From contig PS015178.1 of assembly GCA_048213135.1 (NCBI GenBank), forward strand, positions 120,069-162,911: a stretch of 42,843 nucleotides of DNA, in the 5' to 3' direction. The position numbers were made by a program, and so were the translations under genes. Shown here piece by piece: positions 35,213 to 42,843 of the stretch. Under the pieces are notes generated by a model. The model was given only the letters and a program-made list of their open reading frames with translations, was not told the DNA's origin and did not search any database. The stretch's first letter is position 1; the number at the start of each line of letters is the position of its first letter. The DNA is from Reclinomonas americana ATCC 50394 (Eukaryota).

Positions 35213-36346
35213 CTCTTCGGCCAGCTTCCGTGCTCGTGTGCACGTTTCCTCCGAGCTGCTCTCAGCGATTAGTGAAACAATGGCGGCACCAACACACCAC
35301 GAAGGCTGGCATACCTATTCACAGTGCCCATGTACGTGGTGTGCATGATGCGATTGGCAAACTCCTTGGCCTCGAGTGGCACATACTCCGGGTCGCCCAC
35401 GATGCGACGAGCGTCGGCAATCACTCGCTCGTTGCCGATCTTGGCAGCAGCGGCCACCAGCTGGCACATGGAGCCCACAATGGCACATGTGGACGACGAA
35501 TCGGCTCCACCAGACAGCGGCAAGAAGAAGCCACCTGCACAGATGACGGTGAATGAAGGGCAGGGAGGATAGAGAGAATGGTGACAGGTACGCACTGGCA
35601 CCCGATCGCCGCAGGTAATCCCACAGCCAGCAGGCCGGACCGAGGGCAATCTCCTCCTCCGGGCAGTGATAGAAGACATCAATCGGACCTGCTCGACCCA
35701 GAGTTGTCAGCAATGCAGAAAGAGTGTAGTGCAGTCGTGAGTGCGCAACTGGAGATGGTGCGGCTAAAGTGCGCACTGGGCTCGGTGAGCGAGAAATCGA
35801 CCGCAATGCGCGGCAGAACCTGACACTCGGCCGCCTGTGCACCATGGCTCATGGCCGCTCCACGACGGCTGCGTATTTGATCCAGGTCAATGGTGGCAGT
35901 GACGACCTGCGTCGCGAGAGTCATGTCAGAGGAGAAAATAGCCCTTGTCTCTCTCGCTCTTTCTCTCTCACACCCACCTCAATGTCGTTGACCGAGAACT
36001 GACTGCCCTGCGCAATCACGTTGCCGTTGACCGAAACCATGGCGCAGCCGTCGAAATACAGGCGGCCGCCGTCGCAGCCCTGCTGGTTGGCATACAGATA
36101 CACACCTCCACACTGACAGAAGACGAGATCATCAGCAACCACATCCACACATGAATGAGAGTGGACGCACCTTGGCAGTGGAGCCATTGATAAGCTGCAC
36201 GCGCTGGTGCAGCTTGCGCAGCTGGTGATGACTGCCGGAGCCATTGGCCACAATGTCCACACCTGGTGCACACGCGCACCTCGTGTTCAGCCGAGGGCAC
36301 ACACTACACACACTCGCGCCCTGTACCAACCATTCAACCACATCAG
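35213..36346 (-). CDS. NADSYN1: Glutamine-dependent NAD+ synthetase, middle exons (inverted contig)
   Basis: '[12 protein letters not shown]', '[18 protein letters not shown]', '[18 protein letters not shown]', '[12 protein letters not shown]'. Confidence 0.95.
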
Positions 36347-36980
36347 NNNNNNNNNNNNNNNNNNNNNNNNNNNNNNNNNNNNNNNNNNNNNNNNNNNNNN
36401 NNNNNNNNNNNNNNNNNNNNNNNNNNNNNNNNNNNNNNNNNNNNNNNNNNNNNNNNNNNNNNNNNNNNNNNNNNNNNNNNNNNNNNNNNNNNNNNNNNNN
36501 NNNNNNNNNNNNNNNNNNNNNNNNNNNNNNNNNNNNNNNNNNNNNNNNNNNNNNNNNNNNNNNNNNNNNNNNNNNNNNNNNNNNNNNNNNNNNNNNNNNN
36601 NNNNNNNNNNNNNNNNNNNNNNNNNNNNNNNNNNNNNNNNNNNNNNNNNNNNNNNNNNNNNNNNNNNNNNNNNNNNNNNNNNNNNNNNNNNNNNNNNNNN
36701 NNNNNNNNNNNNNNNNNNNNNNNNNNNNNNNNNNNNNNNNNNNNNNNNNNNNNNNNNNNNNNNNNNNNNNNNNNNNNNNNNNNNNNNNNNNNNNNNNNNN
36801 NNNNNNNNNNNNNNNNNNNNNNNNNNNNNNNNNNNNNNNNNNNNNNNNNNNNNNNNNNNNNNNNNNNNNNNNNNNNNNNNNNNNNNNNNNNNNNNNNNNN
36901 NNNNNNNNNNNNNNNNNNNNNNNNNNNNNNNNNNNNNNNNNNNNNNNNNNNNNNNNNNNNNNNNNNNNNNNNNNNNNNNN

Positions 36981-36995
36981 TCTCTCTCTTCTTCT

Positions 36996-37040
<45 letters not shown>
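36981..37040. repeat. (CT)n microsatellite at a contig end inside an NAD synthetase intron
   Basis: CT-rich run. Similar GA/CT runs flank other gaps (841-862, ~11984-12031, 35051-35061). Confidence 0.9.
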
Positions 37041-37042
<2 letters not shown>

Positions 37043-37098
37043 GTCTACCTTCTCCCTCCCCTTCTCGGTGACTCGCCCTCATCTCATGAACCCCACAG

Positions 37099-38466
37099 GT
37101 CGGCTGCCACCACCTGGACGTGCGCATTGACCCGATTGTGACGGCCATGTACGACATGTTTGTGTCGGCCACTGGATTTGAGCCGCATTTCCGTTCACAA
37201 GGAGGTGCAGTGTTCGCCTGTGTGTGCAATCACTCTCCCTCCCCCGTCTCACCGCCGGTGTACAGGCTCTGCGGAGGAGAACCTCGCCCTGCAAAACATT
37301 CAGGCTCGACAGGTTCCTTATTGTGGTGTCCACCTTTTGAGTGCGTGGATCTGACCACCATTCCCTCTCCCGCCCCTCCCCACAGCGCATGGTGTTCTCG
37401 TATTTCTTGGCACAGCTGCTGCTCAAGACGCGCGGTCGTCGCGGCTGGCTGCTGGTGCTCGGCTCCGCCAATGTCGACGAGGCCTTGCGTGGATACATGA
37501 CCAAGTACGACTGCTCGTCGGCCGACATCAACCCAATCGGCGGCATTTCCAAGACCGATATTAAGCGCTTCCTGCGATGGGCTGCCGTGAACCTCGGTTA
37601 TTCGACTCTGGGTGAAGTTGCGTAGCGAGTGGTGATGACGGTGGTGGTGGTGGTGTCGATTGTGAGTTGCTTACCCTCATCGCAGGTGGTGGCAGCGCCG
37701 CCAACCGCCGAACTGGAGCCGATTGAGGCGAATTACACGCAGACCGACGAGGCCGACATGGGCATGACGTACGACGAGCTGAGCGAGGTTGGTGTTGTGT
37801 TCGCGAGGTCATTTCTATCACCCTCACTCACCCGGCCTGTCACCAGTTTGGCCGTCTGCGCAAGGTCCACATGTGTGGTCCCGTGTCCATGTTTGAGCGA
37901 CTGGTGCTCAAGTGGCAGCACCTGTCGGTGCCGGTGGTGGCCGAAAAGGTGTGATCGCATGCGTGCATGGCGGCGTTGTTCACGTCTCATCCCTCGTTGC
38001 AGGTCAAGTTCTTCTTCCGCGCCTACGCCATGAACCGACACAAGATGACCACGCTGACGCCGTCGTACCACGCCGAGTCGTACTCTCCAGAGGACAACCG
38101 CTTCGACCTGCGGCAGTTCCTCTACAACACGCGCTTCCCGTGGCAGTTCCGCGAAATCGATCGTCTTGTGGAGATGGCCGCCGATGCACCACCACCCGAC
38201 ACTGCTGGCGAAGGCTCTTCGTCCTCTGCCCCGATGGCCTCGATCGCCACACCCGGTGAGCTTCGCCGCCCACTATCGTCGTTGTTCCTTGTCGCGCGTC
38301 TGTGAGTGTGGAATGAACGGAAACGCTGGAAACTGATACTCCATGTGTTGCAGCGGAATTGCCGCTGTCGCAAATCCAGCGCAAGCGGCAGCCACCACCA
38401 CCACCGCCGGCCACTGTCGACGGCGCATCGGGATCGGGCTCGCACGGTGCCGATGGTCACCCGTAG
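37099..38466 (+). CDS. NADSYN1: Glutamine-dependent NAD+ synthetase, C-terminal exons
   Basis: '[11 protein letters not shown]', '[31 protein letters not shown]', 'PTAELEP', '[31 protein letters not shown]'. Stop at 38466 if the last intron is spliced, otherwise 38305. Confidence 0.95.
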
Positions 38467-38592
38467 ACGACGACTACCGGGGGGAAACATCCACACACAC
38501 TTTCCAATGGCGGGAAGGCCATTTCCGGCTCGCCAGTCTGTCTTTCATTCATCACGCTCTCTCTCTCTTGTGTGCAGTGAACTCTCTCGACC

Positions 38593-41248
38593 ATGTCATT
38601 AGCACAGCTTCTGAAATCGGCGCGCACGCGGCACAAGCCATCCTCAGCGCATCATCACAATCATCGTCCGCATGCGTGGCACAGCAGCACCAATCATCAT
38701 CACGGCCATCGCAAGACAAGTGCAATCGCCATCCCCAACATGTACGCCAGCAACGCCTGCTTTGATCTGCGCGTGTGGGCCGGCTACGTCGACACCAACA
38801 TGTGCCTCATTATGCAAAACGTTGCGCGCTGAGAGAAACGCGATGTTGATTGCATGCATGCATGTTGATCGATCACAGGGCACCGATGTGGCCGCCGAGC
38901 ACGGACAATGTCGCTTTGCGCAGGGCGACTATGGGCGTGCATTGCCGCAGTTGCGAGTCGCGGCGGGCGATGCGTCGGCCAGGCATCGTCGTGGTGAGCT
39001 GGGAGCAGTGCTGCTCAAGCTGGTGAGATCGGTAGCCGCAGCGATCGGCTGTCCGTGTCGATGTTTCCGACAATGTATGCGCAGGGGCGACTGCACGAGG
39101 CGATCGTGGAACTATCGGCGTGCGCCCGAGATGCAGAGATCGACGGCGAGTGGCGCACGTGTGTGGGGGCGTTGCAGTTGCGAGCGTTTTGCTTGGAGGC
39201 CGTCGGGAGTGTATCGCGAGCGCTGGAGGACTGGACGCGCGTGCTGGAGGAGAGGCCGCTGATGCGGTGCTTGTCGCCGTCGGAGCTGCGGCGGTGTCAA
39301 CTGCAACGGGAGCGGCTGATCAACGGCGAGCACTTCCGCATGGTGCACACGCCGCGCGAGGTGCTTACCGTGCTCAGCGAGATGGTGGTGCTCTTCGAGT
39401 TGTGTCAGCCGAGTTACAACGATCGGCTCACCTCGGACGACTCGTTTTACGCGGCACCGTCAGCGGAAGAACTGCGGGCGGCAACGGCGGTGCCGGGTGC
39501 GTCGTGCATCGAGCGTGCACTGGCGCCGTTGAACGATGTGGATCCGCTGCGGTCGTCGACATTTTTGCGATCTGCACCGTGGGTGGCGCAGGAGCCAGTG
39601 CTGAACAAGGCGCTGTTTGAGCACGCTCCTCTGCAGCAGTGCCTGCACGAGTGTGCGAGATTATGTGTGCGATTGGCACAGGAGGTGAGTTTGTTGTTGG
39701 GAGAGTGAGAGAAGTGGTCAACAAGATTGTGCTGACCGACATGCAGGATGGAGAGGAGGTGGAGGAAGAGGAAGAGGAGGACAGGCAAGCCATGTACCTG
39801 GCTCGTGCGGTGGAGTCGTACTCAAACATGTGCTTTTGCTGCCAGCGACGGAGGTATGTCTCAGCGGTGAAGTTGTGAGCTTTCTCGTCCACTCATTATC
39901 ACTCCAACAGTTATCGCCGACGAGGGCAACTGATCCCGGAAGCTCAGATGGTGGCCATCTTTAGCGAGTGCATCGACATTCTTCTGGCCACGCAGCACCA
40001 AATCCGGTCAGGAGTTGCGTGCACGCTGTGTCGACTTTGGATCAGGAAGACAGCTGTGTTGAACACGCATGCAATTAGCCGTGGGAGTCTCCGCGACATG
40101 CCGTGAGTATTGCCGTCATCGGGTGGCAGCTCTGCGCAGTGTACTATCGCAACGAGTCGGTGGATCTGACGCCGTTGTGGTGCGATAGCCATTCCCCCTC
40201 AGTCGCCATTTTTCCGCACCGTGCCTCACTCGATACAGGTACGCCGGTGTACGCGCCTTTGCCAATGCGCTGGGCGAGGGCACAAACTGCTGCGTGTGTG
40301 CGTTTTGCTGGGACCCCGCACTGGCACTGTGCGGAAGTCACGTGGTGCCGGCCAAGAGTTTCGTTGCATCGGCGATTACGAGTGCGTCGTCGCGTGAAGC
40401 TGTGCGACTCATGCTATTCTCTTTTTTTGCAGTTCTCAAGTACGCACGACTCACGGCCAGTGAGTCGGGATTGTGGGGTCACCAGCTTCGACTGCAGGTG
40501 CCGCTGCTCTGCAAGCACTGCGACATGATCACCACGTCGAGACACGAGGCCCTCTTTATGCAGACCGTCTTCAATCCATACGTCTCGGTTCGTATTTCTG
40601 CGTGCTCTTCTTTGTCTCAGCGTTGCCCCTCACTGTCGACAGCAGGGATTGCTGGCGGCCGAGGTGCCGTGCCACGAATCGGTGCACTTCTTCGCCTGGT
40701 CGCTTCTGTGGCGCGTTCTGTGTCTGCCATCGGGCGACGCACATCGCCACCGCAGCATGCAGATCACCGCGCTGTTTGGCGGCCTCTTGGCCGGCCTGCG
40801 TCCACCACTGAACGCCTCGCACCTGCCGCTGACCGCCACCGTCTTCATGTTCCCACTGGCGGTGGATGCGGAGACAGAAGGCGAGGCGCTCCTGCATTTC
40901 GTCGAGGTCGGAGTCGTGGCCGGCACATACGTCGACCACCACGACAGCCAGCACACGCTCGTCTTTGCCAAGATTCCGAGATTCCTCTTTGTCGCTGTCG
41001 AGAGCACCGACGGCGACCACGACCACGACCACACCAGCGAGTGGAGCTCATTCGCACTGCGTCCAGGCGTCACCCGGGTCCCATCGCTGCGCGTGTGGAC
41101 CGAGACAAGTGGGGAAGACGACGTTTTGCAATGCGACGTTCGATCGCCAGCCTTCAATCGTCTCTTTCGCGGTGCGTGGATGGCATTCGAGGGCGCAGAG
41201 CTCGGTGCCGAGCAAGTCGACGTGAGACTACGTGCCAAGGGATCATGA
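38593..41248 (+). CDS. Uncharacterised protein: TPR-like repeats + C-terminal Zn-binding HNH-like domain
   Basis: TPR-like 'GQCRFAQGDYGRAL', 'LGAVLLKLGRLHEAI', 'RAFCLEAVGSVSRALEDW'. C-terminal spliced 'CAFC...LCGSHVVPAKILK...LLCKHCD...FFAWSLLWR'. Middle exons not fully resolved; could be two genes. Confidence 0.55.
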
Positions 41249-41349
41249 TAAAAACTTCAGGGACAACATCGCAATGTTGCTCGCACGCCGACGCCTGCAT
41301 CAGCACTCGCCCACCGACTGCATTACTCCGCTCCGCACAGCACATCGCC

Positions 41350-42843
41350 ATGTCTCACGGACACGTCAAACAGGCACGCACGCGTCTCTCCCTCCCACGC
41401 GCGCACATGTCCATCGCTCTCACACTCTCACAGGAAGGCTCTCGCGCGCCCGACGAGCTCCTCCTCAAGTTGGCCGCCTACGCCACCTCCTACAAGGTCA
41501 CCAATGCCGACACGCTGACCACGGCGCGGTATTGCCTCATTGATGCTATCGGTAATGCATGCATGCATGCATGCACGAGACACACTGATGCACACTCTCA
41601 CACACACACTTGCACGCGCACAGGATGCGGTCTGGCCGCACTCGAGTACCCGCAATGCCTGCGTCTGTTGGGCCCTGTTGTCCCAGGCACAGTGGTGCCG
41701 AATGGCGTGCATGTGCCTGGCACTGATGTTGCGTTATGTTACATTCTTTCTGTCCGTGTGTGTGCGGAAGATTAACGTGCGTGCCTGTGCGTAGTTTGAG
41801 CTGGACCCGATCACCGGCGCCTTCAACATTGGCGCCTGTGTGCGCTGGCTCGACTGGAACGACACCTTCCTTGGCAAGGAGTGGGGTCATCCGTCGGACA
41901 ACTGCGGAGCGATTCTGGCGGTCGCCGAGTACGTGTCGCGTCAGCGTATGGCTGCTGGTGCGACTATGATGGATCGAGAATGTGTGCGCGCGCGTGGCTC
42001 ACTGTGCTGTGTTGCAGGTCAGGAGCCACTGACGATGCGCGTTGTGCTCGACGCCATGGTCAAGGCGTACGAGATTCAGGTGCGCATGCAAGTGTGGTGT
42101 GTGTTTCGTGCGCGGAGACACGGGGTTTCATTGTTTGGTGTGCAGGGCCGCATCGCCATTGAGAATGCCTTCAACGGCATCGGCTTGGATCATGTCATCT
42201 TGGTGCGCATCGCCTCGACAGCAGTGGCTGCCGATTTGCTCGGTGAGAACTTGTGCATTTTACGCTCACCCGTGCCCATCCGCTCACTGTGCCCACCAAC
42301 AGGCTGCTCTCTCGAGGAGACGGTGAATGCTGTCAGTCATGCGTTCATCGACGGCGGTGCCATGCGTTGCTACCGGCACTACCCCAACACCGGCATCCGC
42401 AAGTGCTGGGCCGCCGGTGACGCCACCTCGCGTGCTGTCTTCCACGCCATCAACGCCAAGAAAGGTGAAATGATCTGGCTGCACGGCGAAGTTTTTGTAC
42501 TCTTTGCTTATTGATGGCGCGCAGGTGAAATGGGCTACGCCGCGGCGCTGAGTGTGCCACGATGGGGCTTCTACGATGTGTACATGCCAGTGCATCTGAC
42601 GCAGCCGCTCGATCACTACATCATGGACAACATTCTGTTCAAGGCCTCGTTCCCGGCCGAGTTCCACGCGCAGACGGCGGTGGAGTGCGCCTTTGCGCTG
42701 CACTCGGAGGTGGCGCCCCGCCTCGACGAGGTGCAGGAGGTGCACATTTGGACGCAGGAGTCCGCCGTGCGCATCATCGACAAGAAGGGCCCGTTGACGT
42801 TGCGTGATTGTTTATTATCCGTGATGCTTGGAGGCGACTAGCT
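41350..42843 (+). CDS. prpD: 2-methylcitrate dehydratase (PrpD/MmgE), 3' truncated
   Basis: '[14 protein letters not shown]', '[20 protein letters not shown]', 'GLDHVILV', '[22 protein letters not shown]', '[19 protein letters not shown]'. Confidence 0.95.

Noticed and set aside
29354-41794. Reading GTTGCG donors as non-canonical TT-starting introns (junction slid by one base)
   Set aside because: The PrpD intron starting at 41728 ends ...TAG|TTT, so it cannot slide. The GT-AG reading restores the conserved protein.

Overview
Very gene-dense, GC-rich eukaryotic (protist-like) scaffold with many short (~55-80 nt) spliceosomal introns, so the ORF track is fragmentary. Genes were rebuilt by hand from splice signals and recalled protein motifs; no searches were run. 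Gene order: unknown acidic-tailed gene end; Dopey/DOP1 (-); pepsin-like aspartic protease (+); methylcrotonyl-CoA carboxylase beta; two tandem paralogous SIR2_2-type (defence-sirtuin-like) proteins with a C-terminal receiver-like domain, one carrying an N-terminal zf-UBP ubiquitin-binding finger (-); Sel1-repeat protein (+); EMC5 (-); a CBM48-WWE-WWE-PARG(DUF2263) fusion (+); an SR/RRM protein (-); GPAT (+); a second DUF2263 PARG (-) head-to-head with glutamine-dependent NAD synthetase (+); a TPR + HNH-like protein (+); PrpD (+). Best candidates for new biology: (1) a local concentration of NAD+/ADP-ribose enzymes with unusual sensor fusions; (2) an abundant atypical 5' splice-site class (non-G|GTTGCG/GTTTCG/GTTGAG) plus frequent GC-AG introns. 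Several contigs between N gaps are flipped in place, which is best explained as a scaffolding artefact.
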